NCBI RefSeq assembly: GCF_006345805.1
Contig: NC_043000.1
Span: forward strand, 27,280,001 to 27,344,000
Source of the DNA: Octopus sinensis
Taxonomy: Eukaryota
Direction of reading: 5' to 3'
DNA length: 64,000 nucleotides
Shown: positions 52,206 to 64,000 of the stretch, piece after piece
Layout of the letters: every line of letters begins with the position of its first letter
Numbering within the stretch: the first letter of the stretch is position 1
Made by a program: the position numbers and the translations under genes
Notes under the pieces: generated by a model
Databases searched by the model: none
What the model saw: only the letters and a program-made list of their open reading frames with translations
What the model was told of the DNA's origin: nothing

Positions 52206-52949
52206 TTCATCTGATCTAGAGTCGGAACATGGAACTGAAGAAAGCTCATGTTGTTACGTGGGAATTTTGTTGTCTACATCAGTGGGTGGCCCGAACAACT
52301 CTCGTTTGGCAGTGGAAGGGTTTAAAACACATACAAAGCTACTTCACCACCTGCTGCGAATCGACGCTTGCTTTCGGTGACAGAGTACAGCAGCTTCCTC
52401 AGCCAACAGGTCGTTTGACCTAAATGGTGACCCTGATGCAGCAGAATACGTTTTTCATTATAGACTCCCCCTTCGCTTTCAGTGAATAAAAATTTAGTTG
52501 TTAAGTCATTTGGATGATTTATTCATTGAATTAGTGAACGGAGCAATTAATTATTTCCCAGAAATGTGTACTATTAACGGAATCAGCGTTACACGTGCGT
52601 GACAAGTTTGGAACCTTGAATTACAGACGCAGCACTTTCCGATGGTCATTCACAGTTTCCGTCCATGTTAATTTCTTCACAAATTTTAGGGCAACATGGT
52701 AAGATGTCAAGCACAAGGATCGAACCAAAGACCACATAGTTGTAAATCGAGCTTCTTAACAAATCAGCCAGGCGTGGAATCATTCGCTTTTACATTAGAA
52801 AAAATGCTGAGTAAGAAAATCTTGAAAATTTGAGGAGAATAAATATATAAGCGAACGAATAAAATGGCGAGAAAAGTTTACTCTGTAACATATAGCATCA
52901 TCTATCAACCTAAACAAGAATGATGTTAAGAATAATAATACGTAGGCCA

Positions 52950-53900
52950 TGAATAGAAAGTGACTTTAGATTGAGAATAATATGACTGGAAATCAGATAG
53001 TGAAAGCTTACGTCTTTTTTATGCAAGATCAAGCACTTAACTGAGACTATTTAGAGAAAATTTTACATCTGGGAATTTACAACTGGGTGAATCTTATAGG
53101 AATCAACTTCATGACAGGAGAAAGCAACACAGTTAATCAGTGTATTGAAAATATTAGTCAAGCTGGTTTATAAATTGCACCTAATAATAGGTGTGTAGAC
53201 ATCTTTATTGAAATCTTTACCGAAAGTATATATTTCCATAAATTACACTCTCTGTCTCTCTTTTATTGTTGGAGTGATTCAGAACAGAAATATTCAATAT
53301 TGTTACTTTCTTCTTTTACGAATATATCTCCATTTACATTCCTTATATAATAACCAACACTCGTTATACCAAATCCTGCGAATTGTTAACTTGCAGATTT
53401 GTTAAAGTGGTAGAGGCAAATAACACCATCTTCAGGTTTGACGGAAATTACCCACCACAAATCACATCGGTTCCTACAAGACTACCATGAGGAAACACAA
53501 CGATGGCTATCGCACAGACTTTCAACATTTTAAATATAATGGAAATAGTTATCAACAATCAATTGATTCTTCATATTTTCTCTTCAATGACCGCTATTAT
53601 GGATGTCGTTGAAACAGATTTCAGGATATTTACTATTCTTTATCGTCCACTAATGCTCACACTGCTCACTGGAATTTTATCTAAACCAAATCTATTACAC
53701 TTGACATCGATGAATACTTCGAATGTCTTTACCAGAAACTCATAGTTAGCTTGCACACCAATAATCTACATACTTAGCTCATTTCTACAATAAAATACTT
53801 CCTGTCTTACAGCACCATGGCTTACATGTGCTAAAGGAGGTCCCTTCAAGCGACAATCTTTCTACTCTGGCCTAGCTCAGACGTTCAGTAGTCTCTGACA
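52950..53900 (+). pseudogene. Decayed PLE reverse transcriptase
   Basis: Motifs in expected order across frameshifts: IVKA, DYLEKIL, TIFRFD, FKYNGNSYQQ, RFQDI, ITLDI..YQK, HVLKEVPSS. Confidence 0.55.
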
Positions 53901-55390
53901 TAAATTTCTTTCTATACGTGCATTGTCTTCTAACATTTCATACTTCTTTGCAGCTAATTAATACCAAGCTACATATTTTCGTACACACAGATGCCTCCAC
54001 AGGCAACATACACTGAATCTATGAGCAAAAACCTTCGGAGCATTCTTCAATGAGGATATAGTAATGTTTTCTCAACAAAACAAATACAAAAGCATAAAAC
54101 ATACAACTCCTGTATTTCGAACTCTGTATTCCTTATTATCAGAGTCAAAGCCTTAAAGTCAGTACAGACACTAATCTCGACAACTCCACCGATCTTTTAC
54201 TTGTGTCAGTCATTGGAAAAAGGCCATGCTGGGGCAAGCTTTGAAGGCTTTAGTCCAAAAGATCGATTCTAGAACTTTCTTATAACACATATTTATTCTG
54301 TCGCTTTATTCCTGTTTAAATTGAAACACTAAGTTACGGGGATGTAAACAAACCAGCATCTATTTCTGAGACGGTTGTGAGAGGTAGACACAAAACAAAA
54401 GCGCATATACATTGATACAACCACCAACCCACATATATTATTTTATTTGTTTCAGACATGAATAGAAACCCAAAGCACTGTATGTCATTGAATGAGGCAA
54501 GTGAAGAAGAAAAATTGGGTTAGAAGTTGTAAGGGGTGCAGAAATAGGAAGGAGGGAGAAGAGCAGCAGATGGAGGAGACAAAGAAAAATGAGGAGAAAG
54601 AGGAGGAGGAGGAGGAGGAGGAGTAGAGGAAGAAAGCGTACAGCCTTAAAACATTGTGTTGCGTTATATTTGGTTAGTGAGGAAGGTAAATGAAAAATAG
54701 GGCGGGGGACGAGTTGTTGTTGAAAGAGAAGAATGATGGAGAAGGAGAAGAAAGAGAAGACGGAGAAAAAAACGAAAGAGGAGAAGGATATGAAAGTAAA
54801 GTAGAAAAAGAAAAAAGGAGGAATAGGAGGTGGAGGAGAAGAAAACGAAGAAGGAGGAAGAGGAGGAGAAGAATAAGCGAAAGGAGGAGAAAGAAAAGAT
54901 GAGAAAAAGAACAGAATACGAAGACTTGCAAAAGTGGAAAAAACGAAGGTTTTGCTTTGCATTGTTTACAGAAAAAAATTCAAGTTCTATGATAAAGATG
55001 TTGTATTCAGTTTAGACTAAAATAAAAGAGAATAATAATTAATTGTTTTCTAGGTGACTGATTGTAACAAACGGAAAATAATACTGTAACGGAATTGCTT
55101 CGAAATATTCGAATCTAGAATTTATTGAATGGCTTTGTGGTTATGAACCTTCTTTGCAATCGAGGGCGGTTTCGAATTCTGTGTCACTGCATGACATGTT
55201 TGTAAAATGTTTCCTACTGTATCTCAAGGTTGGACCAAAATATTATGAGTAGACATGATACACAGAAACTAAAAGAAAATATATTTCGTGTTATGTTAAG
55301 ACGCAGTGTATGGTACCAGAATTTTCGACTCGAGTCAAATGATACAAAGTTATCCAAATCGGTAGAGTATTGGCAGATGTGGAGTCAAGA

Positions 55391-55622
55391 AGGCGGCGAG
55401 CTGGCAAAAGCGTTAGCACGCCGGGCGAAATGCTTAGCGGTATTTCGTCTGCCGTTGCGTTGTGAGTTCAAGTTCCGCCGAGGTCGACTTTGCCTTTCAT
55501 GCTTTCTGGGTCTATAAATTAAGTACCAGTTACGCACCGGGGTCGATGTAATCGACTTAATCCCTTTGTCTGTCCAAGTTCGTCACCTCTATGTTAAGCC
55601 CATTGTGCGCAGTAAAGAAATA
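55391..55622 (+). mobile_element. SINE family A monomer
   Basis: Perfect 16-bp TSD AGATGTGGAGTCAAGA at 55375-55390 and 55623-55638. Confidence 0.92.
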
Positions 55623-55929
55623 AGATGTGGAGTCAAGACCAGCTAGTTTGTACTGGTATCGAGTCGTATTAGCTGTAGAAGATCGCTTTGTAACCACCTG
55701 GTTTCGGGTTCATTCCCATTGTGCTGCACCTTAGGCACGTGTCATTTACTATAGCTTCAAGCGTATCAAGGCTCCTGAGCGAATTCGGTGCAAAGAATGT
55801 ATGTAGTCTATCTCCAAACACTGTTCCACAACTGGTGTTCGTCGGTTTACACCCTCATAACTTAGCGGATCAGCACTACTTTATTGTCTCCCCTTCCTAG
55901 CTCTCTTGTGTGACCCCTCTGTCCGGCAT

Positions 55930-56122
55930 TCGCCATGGTAGATCGCTAGCCACTACACATTCTTTATTTTCTCACTCTGTTCCTTTCTGTGTTCCTTTCT
56001 GCGGAAGAGCGTAGGCTCGAAACGTTAAAGACTTTTTCACTTCGAGAGCATTAAACTAATACATATGTTTGTTGTCTACACCACCTGTCTTCGTCTTTTG
56101 CTTTTTCTTTCGTGAATTCTCC

Positions 56123-56126
<4 letters not shown>
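55930..56126 (+). mobile_element. Solo pLTR (P1-related) with HHR motif at 55995-56030 (A6C)
   Basis: CTTT-CTGCGGA-A GAGC GTAG GCTC-GAAA-CG-TT-AAAG; ends at (TA)n. Confidence 0.75.
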
Positions 56127-56156
<30 letters not shown>

Positions 56157-56427
56157 GAAATATGTTACGAAAAGAAAATATAAAATACACGTGGAAATGT
56201 AAGGGTAAAATATGAAAAATCAACGAAACCAATTGGTTCGTTTTGGTCTCTTACTTAATATTAATATTATTAACTTCTTATAATCATCTCATAATAATGA
56301 CCTTTATGACTCGTGTTACTACCTCAGTCAATCTAAATGTATATATTTGTCACTACCTGTCATAAATAGCCTTTTTTCTCTCTGCAATATGCATTTTCGT
56401 TGATTTTTCATATTTACCCATATATAT

Positions 56428-56469
<42 letters not shown>

Positions 56470-56478
56470 ATATATATG

Positions 56479-56519
<41 letters not shown>

Positions 56520-56520
56520 G

Positions 56521-56581
<61 letters not shown>

Positions 56582-57260
56582 CACGTTTTATTAGTGATCA
56601 GAGGTGTTCGTAAACCGGAATACTACTATATTAAAAAAATATAAGACAGGAGATAAAGTACGAATTATTCGTGATCGGAGTTGTTCGAAAATTGGGGTTC
56701 TACTGTATAGTTATTTGCCATGGCGGGGCGTGATTGCCCATAAAGCACGTTTAACTTTAATTACAGACGAACGCTACGGTTAAATCTATAAGACGAACTG
56801 TAGACTAAGAAGAATATAACATCGAACAAGTTAATAGTTTCAACACCAATACACTGGAGCATTAAATTTTTCTCTTCTCATTCAATGGTTGAATTACTGA
56901 ATTATGTTATGAAGTGATAAATCTTGTCGGAGAAATATCAATAGAATTTGCCCTCAGAGTTACGGAATAAAATAAATCAACAATTAACTTCAAACTCTTC
57001 TATTGTATTTCATAAATATAATAGTAACAACAAAACATTTCAATATTAACAACGGACTAAAGAAATCTGCTTTGCTTAGCGTTTTAAGTATCGGAAAGAA
57101 ATAACGTTTGGTGTACGAAGACGAGAAATAAATTTAATTCTCCTCCCCATACTTACAAGATTTAAAAGCTGCCGCATATATGAAATTAAATAAAATTAAT
57201 ATTAATCTCAAATGAAATTCTAGTAGCTAGGATGTTGGTGATAAAAATAATTATAATAAT

Positions 57261-57730
57261 CCATTCTACTAAAGGCACAGGCCTGAAATTTTGGCGGAGG
57301 GGACTAGTCGATTACATCGACCATAGTACTCCACTGGTACTTAATTTATGGACCCCAAAAAGATAAAAGGAAAAAGTCGACCACGGAGGAATTTGAACTT
57401 AAAAAGTAAGGACGGACAAAATGCCGCTAATCATTTTGCCCGGCATGCTAAATATTCTGCCAGCTCGCTGCCTTTATAAAAGCAATAATAATAATAATAA
57501 TGATAATAATAATAATAATGATGAGGATGATGATGATGATGATGATGATCTTTTCTACTCTAGGCCCAAGGCCCAAAATTTGGTAGGGAGGGGCCAGTCG
57601 ATTAGATCGATCCCAGTACGCAACTGGTACTTAATTTAGGTGCCTGGGGTACCCTTATCATGATGGGTATACTGGGCTTCGTATATTTTAACTCAGTATC
57701 ACTTTGATGACATGCACTGCTCTATTACTC

Positions 57731-57790
<60 letters not shown>
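57261..57790. mobile_element. Cluster: SINE A2 (57261-57476, -), partial SINE A2 (57551-57637, -), (AAT)n-tailed element end (57640-57790, +)
   Basis: Homology to the 30306-30736 and 22150-22320 copies. Confidence 0.7.
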
Positions 57791-57886
57791 GAAGAGGAGG
57801 AAGAAGGGGTGGTGAAGAGTAGGAGAGGAGAAGGAGAGGAGAGGAGGAAAAAGGAGATGAAGACGAAGAAGAAGATGGTGGTTATG

Positions 57887-59160
57887 ATTTCTTTAACTAC
57901 TAATGGTTCACACAAGCACAAAGGGCTCTACGGAACAATGCCATTATGGTATGATGTGATGAAGTGTTTCAGGAGGGCGTCGATGCAAAAGAATACGAAA
58001 AATAACAAAGCAAAATATTAGTACAAGTAAAAGCTAAAACTTCCCCATAGTAGGGCGCCTTTCGTGGGTTCTTTGTGCTAAGCCCCACAAAACCACAGTC
58101 AATTTGGTAATTAGTGCAAATGCCTTCTCTTCATCAGCTTCTCTCAAGCTAAAGTTACATGCTCAGAGCAGACTCATTCACTCCAACAATCTTTGTCACA
58201 TTTACCTAGTTTTCAACAGATTTGCTGAAAGGCAGCATTTCCTTCTCAATTTCCATCCCTGATTTCATTTAAGAAAGTTGATGAGGGTTTGGTCAAAGTG
58301 GAAAGTGTCTGGCTTCAGTCCTTTTAATCTGCTACACCATACAATATCTTGCGCTAAGGCCACCAGGCAGATAAATAATTTCTGCCATCGCCGGCCAAAA
58401 TAAGGGAGCGGAAAATTTATCATGATTGACTCCCAAATCCGGAGCTGTTCTACTTGCAATTACAGGTGGTCGAGATAAATCCACAAGTCGAGCAATGCTC
58501 AGGCACTGGATGAGTGCACGCAGAAGAGTTTCGTTACTCTGCGCGCATGTCGAGCAGACTCGATTGAGGGTATTTCATTCTGGTAGAATTTATCTCAATG
58601 CAGCAAATTCTTCGGGTAGCGCTGCCAGACCAAAGACATCCAAATATTATCCATGGGCCCCGGTTCAAATGTTCCCCAGAAGAGACATGTCAGTTGCTTC
58701 TAACCGACGCTCAGAATGTGTCAGAGAATGTCTCACTCCTGTCTGCTAGTAAAACTTTATAGAACCTGAAAGTGAAAATTCCACCGACTGCGTTGCCTAA
58801 TTGGCAGAGACACGTAACGATTCTAATGCAGCGCACCCTGCTTCTCTCTCCGCTTAACCCAGGTCAAATGCTCAGTCAACGGGACAAGATACAGGAAAGC
58901 TAATCTGACAAAGGTGAAAATACAGGTTCACTGTCAAGGAATCACTGGAGATGCCTCGGCCTGTGTGCATGCTTGCGCATCGTCATTCCACTCATATCAG
59001 CCAGTGTTCAACTTAGTGTATGTTGAAAACAAATTGATCACCTGAGAAGCGGAACGAGTCCCATCCACAGAAAGCGGAAGAGTAGGTGCTCCAGTCTGGT
59101 CAGACATGAACTACAATAGGGTATAACAGTCAGTTGGTACTATATTATGGATGCGATGAA
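57887..59160 (-). mobile_element. 3' part of a Tx1/L1-clade LINE, disrupted
   Basis: YQLTVIPY..CLTRLEHLLFRFLW.G, GPMDN..SLVWQ..DKFY, RVCSTCAQSNETLLRALIQC (zf-RVT-like knuckle), then 3' UTR. Confidence 0.75.
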
Positions 59161-59800
59161 AAAAACTGGTGGGAACACAAACCACCCCCAGTGCTTGAAA
59201 ATGACCATATCTCACTCCTCTGGAACTTCACCATTCAAACTGACAGAAAGATAGATGCAAATAGGCCAAACATCATATTGAAAGACTTCAAACAAAGAAC
59301 ATGCCTCCTCATTGATATGACTATCCCAATCGATATAAACGTATCTGTCAAGACCTACCAAAAACTGAGCAAATATAAAGATCTTGAAATAGAAATCAGC
59401 AAAATGTGGAACCTGAAGACTAAAACAATATCTGTTGTCATAAGTGCCCTGGGAATGATAGCAAAAGGGGCTGATAGCTACCTAACTCAGATACCAGGAA
59501 ACCCAAAAATGGCAGAAATTCAAAAGATAGTGCTCATGGGAACTGCTCATATCTTATGCAAAATACTTTCTATGTAATCTCAAGGTTTAAAACAAAAATT
59601 ATTTTCGTTTTTTTTTGTTTTTTTTTAGACATTCATTAGTACAACACCAAAAACTACCCCCCAAATATATGGCACACTAGGCATAACAACAACATGAAAT
59701 TCCAACCTGTTGTCTCTTAAGGTCTCTGGGTGAGACTTGGAGCCAACTTGTACAAATATAAAGCAAAACTCAAACATAGAATAATAATAATAATAATAAT
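59160..59800 (+). mobile_element. R4/Dong-like 3' fragment with RLE domain, ending in (AAT)n
   Basis: WWEHKP.PVLEN..LLWNFTIQTDRKIDANRPNI..CLLIDMTIP..KLSKYKDLEIEI.KMW..LMGTAHILCKIL. Confidence 0.92.
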
Positions 59801-60083
59801 AAGAGAGAGAGAGAGAGAGGAGAAACATGTGGACGATGAAAATATGGTTGAGGATGATAAGAATGAAGATGATGTAAAGCGATATTATGAAGAGAAAGCG
59901 GAGGATGAAGAGGGCTAGAAGGAGGTTGATGCTGCTGATTTTTCATGATTTTCATCATGGTGATGCTGAAGTCTACATATTGAAATAGGGAATAGTTCGT
60001 TGTCTATATCCAGCTCAGATTGGTAATGAGTGTGAGACTAATGAAAGCTTCTACTTTGACGATGCTTATATAAAAAATGCGAT

Positions 60084-60190
60084 AATGATGATGATGATGA
60101 TGATGATGACGATGATGATTATGATAATGATGATAATGATGATGATGATGATGATTATGACGATGATGATAGTCTTAATGATAATAGTAA
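60084..60190. repeat. (GAT/AAT)n microsatellite, followed by a large TA/TG/TATG cluster at ~60310-60700
   Basis: Direct reading. Confidence 0.9.
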
Positions 60191-60336
60191 GGATAGCAAC
60201 GAAGACTAGTCCTAACAATAGAACCGAGGAAAGAAAGAAATGGCGAGTATTTCAAATGATGAGAAAATAGTTTTTGATTGTGCGTAAATTAAAGATGAAG
60301 AGATAGACTATATATATATATATTATATATATATAT

Positions 60337-60410
<74 letters not shown>

Positions 60411-60604
60411 TGTATGTATTTATGTATATATATATATATATAAATATATATATATATGTATGTATAAATATATATACATGCGTATATATATGTATATATA
60501 TGTATGTATATATATTATGCATACATGCATATATATATATGGATATATATATATGGGTATATATATATACATATACATGCATATATACATAAAGTTATGT
60601 ATGT

Positions 60605-60641
<37 letters not shown>

Positions 60642-61663
60642 GTGTGTGTGTGTATACACCTATATGTAAGTATGTATGTATATATGTACGTATAAACCTA
60701 TAAACACATGTTTTTTTATATGACATATATTGTATTGTAGAAGTGATTCCGAATGTTCAGTATTATTTTCTTTTATCACTGAGATCACAATTAAAGAGGG
60801 AAAATGTTTTCATTCTAGCTTATCGGCAAATTATCCTGTTAACTATAGAAAAACTTTACTATTATTGAAATATTTTGCTCTATTTGTGATGTTTATCATG
60901 ATTATCAAAAAATCAGGAAAGCAAATATTAATTATATATATATTTTTTGCTATTGATGGTGGAGATAGCGTAACGTATATGTGTAAGCTAGCATTTATGT
61001 TGTGTATGCGAGTTCTGGCAGACAGTATGCTTGCGTGTATAAATGTCTGTCTGTACATATAAATAACCATCAGCCATATTTTCTATTCTTCTTGTGTGTG
61101 CTATGCGTGTGTGACTTTTCGAATATCATGTATTAATGAAGATCTTCAGATCAAGGTGGTTTCAATTATTGGTGATGTGTTATGGTTTCCGAATTTGAAA
61201 AACTTATTGATTATAAATTGTTAAATCAAGCGTAAAAGACAAATTTCATTTTCGAAATCTCTCATCATCGTAAATAGCATCAGCATCAGACAGATTGATT
61301 TTACGGGGTGTTGCGATTTCCTGATTTCACGGCCGTTTTGTTATCTTAATTAGCTGACGTTGTTGATATTGACTATCTTCAGAGTAGATTCGGGCAACCT
61401 ACTTCTGAAAAAAAAAAAAAAAAAAAAAAAAATTATGATTTCGCGTTCTTCTTTGATGACACGTTTGAAAGACGTAACAAAAAGGAAACATAAAAAAACC
61501 CAAACAAAATGAAAGAAAACAAAGCAGAAAATAAAGCCAAATAATGAAGTAAATAAAAGTGGAAACTAAAAACAACACTAAAAAACTAATGGGAAATCAA
61601 ATCAACCTGGTGGTAATCTATGAATCTGCTTGGGCATATATATGTATATATATAGCAACGCGA

Positions 61664-61698
<35 letters not shown>

Positions 61699-61735
61699 TA
61701 GATAGATAAATAGATACAAATATATGTAGACATGT

Positions 61736-61794
<59 letters not shown>

Positions 61795-62455
61795 TACACT
61801 CAGAAACACACACAAACATACACGCACACATATCTGTCTCTTTGTCGCGATCTCCCAGTGTGTGTGTGTGTCTCTCTCTCTATATATATATATATATCTA
61901 TGTATCTTTCTATCCTCCGTCGATTACGGGTCGATGCTGTGAAAATCAACGAGTTGTTAACATCGTGGATATAAATAGAATAAATCAAACTACAAAATTA
62001 GTAATTTACTAAATTTAATCACATATCGCTTATTATGAAAGACAGTTCCTTTATAATTACGCAATTATTTATGAAATTATTCGAATGTAACAATTTGAAG
62101 TATGTCACACCCATAAGCGAGACGATGATATACAGAATTATTAGTTGCATTTTCATTATACTGCAACAATGATTTCTTAATGAATGTTTTGCTACAACTG
62201 GATTCAAGGTTCGATCTCACGCAGCAGAATATTGTGTTGTTGTTTTTTTCCATGGTATATGTTTAGTTAGTTTGCTAAAAATGTAATTTTGCAGACGGAA
62301 ACTACGAAGAAACCTATCGCATATGTTTTTACCTATACTCAAATAAATGTACGTGAATGTGCATGAATTTATCTGTCTATCTGTCAATCTATCTATCTAT
62401 ATATCAATCTATCTATCTAACTATCTATATATCTATCTATCTATTTGTCTCTCTG

Positions 62456-62509
<54 letters not shown>

Positions 62510-62513
62510 TGTT

Positions 62514-62575
<62 letters not shown>

Positions 62576-62585
62576 CATACATACA

Positions 62586-62618
<33 letters not shown>

Positions 62619-62629
62619 TCCAAAATGTA

Positions 62630-62824
62630 ACCACATGTGAATCGTTGGTGAAGTTTTCCCTTCCTCACCTTTCCTCTTGGACTTTCGTCTGGCTCCTGTT
62701 TCTGAAGAAACGTAAAACATCCATTTTTTTCTTCCTGAACGTCTGCTAATACTTTTGCATGCACCACATCTTCGTGTTGTTGTTTTCTCCCTGTGCTTCT
62801 TCTTAGTTTCCTTTCTTGGGTATT

Positions 62825-62830
<6 letters not shown>
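62630..62830 (+). mobile_element. Solo pLTR whose HHR has lost stem II (62697-62719)
   Basis: TGTTT-CTGAAGA-AACG-TA-AAACA; related to 32660-32850 (CCACATGT block). Confidence 0.6.
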
Positions 62831-62881
<51 letters not shown>

Positions 62882-62887
62882 AATTTC

Positions 62888-63183
62888 TTTTCGTAATGAG
62901 ATAAGAAAAAAACAAGGCAGTGTAAATTTTAGAACATTTATAAGAAGGTCTTACATCTGTTTCTAGGATATTTATTATATCCCTTCATCGGAGACGGTGC
63001 GTGAAGATCGTTAAGCAATAGTTAATTTAGTCAATCTATCTAGATTAACTATTACTTAACGATCTTATCACACGGTCTCCGATGAAGGGATATAATAAAT
63101 ATCCTAGAAACAGCTGTAAAACCTTCTTATAAATGTTCTAAAATCTACACTGCCTTGTTTTTCCTCATCTCATTACGAAAAAT
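62888..63183. mobile_element. Fold-back pLTR pair (~143-bp arms) with two divergent HHR motifs
   Basis: HHR on - at 62947-62996 and on + at 63074-63123; centre spacer 63031-63039. Confidence 0.8.
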
Positions 63184-63332
63184 TTTTTTATATACACACG
63201 CTGATATATGACTTACGTTGGCCCCCCTATTTGCATAATCAGCGAACATGGAACTTAACTATGGTCTATCAGTAGTACTTATGCAGCATTACCTGACATA
63301 TTTGGGTCTCACTGACACCATTACCTCTCACA

Positions 63333-63416
<84 letters not shown>

Positions 63417-64000
63417 TATATATTAATCAACATAGACTATTTTGTGTCATTTGTTTATTCAATTGTTAAGACATGTGATTTCACTGCTGCGTGGAGTTTA
63501 TTTGATTGAGTGTCTGTACCTTTATCATGTTAAATGAAGTATGATTTTGAATAAGGATGATGCATTTCGTTGAATGTTTATTGCTCGGAAAATCGTGTTT
63601 TTCTCAATTGTTGTTGTAGCTTAAGTATTTAGATATATGTTTGTACGTTTTAACAAATTCACATATAACTACCATGTATCTGTGCGTCTGATGAAATGTA
63701 TTGGTATTTTATTTTTTATATGGTATAAGTCCAAACGGCCGGCTGATAGTTAATGTATGCAGTTATTAACAGGAAATAAACATCTCTGTTTTCTGTTTTT
63801 GAAAGCGAGCTATATTAAAGGAAATAATTTGATGCAATTATTGAATTACTACTTCTTTGTTTATTTGGGAAACCATCAAATAGTTACTTGCAAGAGGAGG
63901 CAGCTCTGATCTCATTATTAGTTATTGCCAAAACTATTTTTTGAAAAGAATAACGAACAATGTTGTATTCTATTCATAATTCATGTTAATGCTGTATTTA

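Noticed and set aside
54438-55015. Charged or hydrophobic ORFs
   Set aside because: Translation of a GA-rich low-complexity tract.
56600-56705. Tigger/pogo-like TIR (CAGTAGAACCCC on minus)
   Set aside because: Only one convincing end; the partner TIR is too degenerate to call an element.

Overview
AT-rich eukaryotic DNA dense in microsatellites and retroelements; the SINE repertoire looks cephalopod (Octopus-like), which is an inference. I could not identify any intact host gene. Almost all long ORFs in the track are translated microsatellites or decayed transposon ORFs. Recognisable elements: two CR1-group LINE pieces, a Tx1/L1 3' piece, about six R4/Dong-like (restriction-like endonuclease) fragments tied to (AAT)n, a full-length dead Tc1/mariner element with TIRs, several tRNA-derived SINE families, and Penelope-like element (PLE) fossils (GIY-YIG and RT). 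The main hidden signal is a dense set of minimal type I hammerhead ribozyme (HHR) motifs in PLE-type terminal repeats: nine keep stems I-III (three with the canonical CUGAUGA core) and at least six more are degenerate or variant. They occur as head-to-head palindromic pairs, as solo pLTRs in (TA)n, and in a terminally redundant 483-nt retrozyme-like unit. A second highlight is a 3'-tail stem-loop shared, with compensatory changes, between a CR1 LINE and a SINE family. Everything was read by eye; no searches or folding programs were run, and boundaries marked ~ are approximate.
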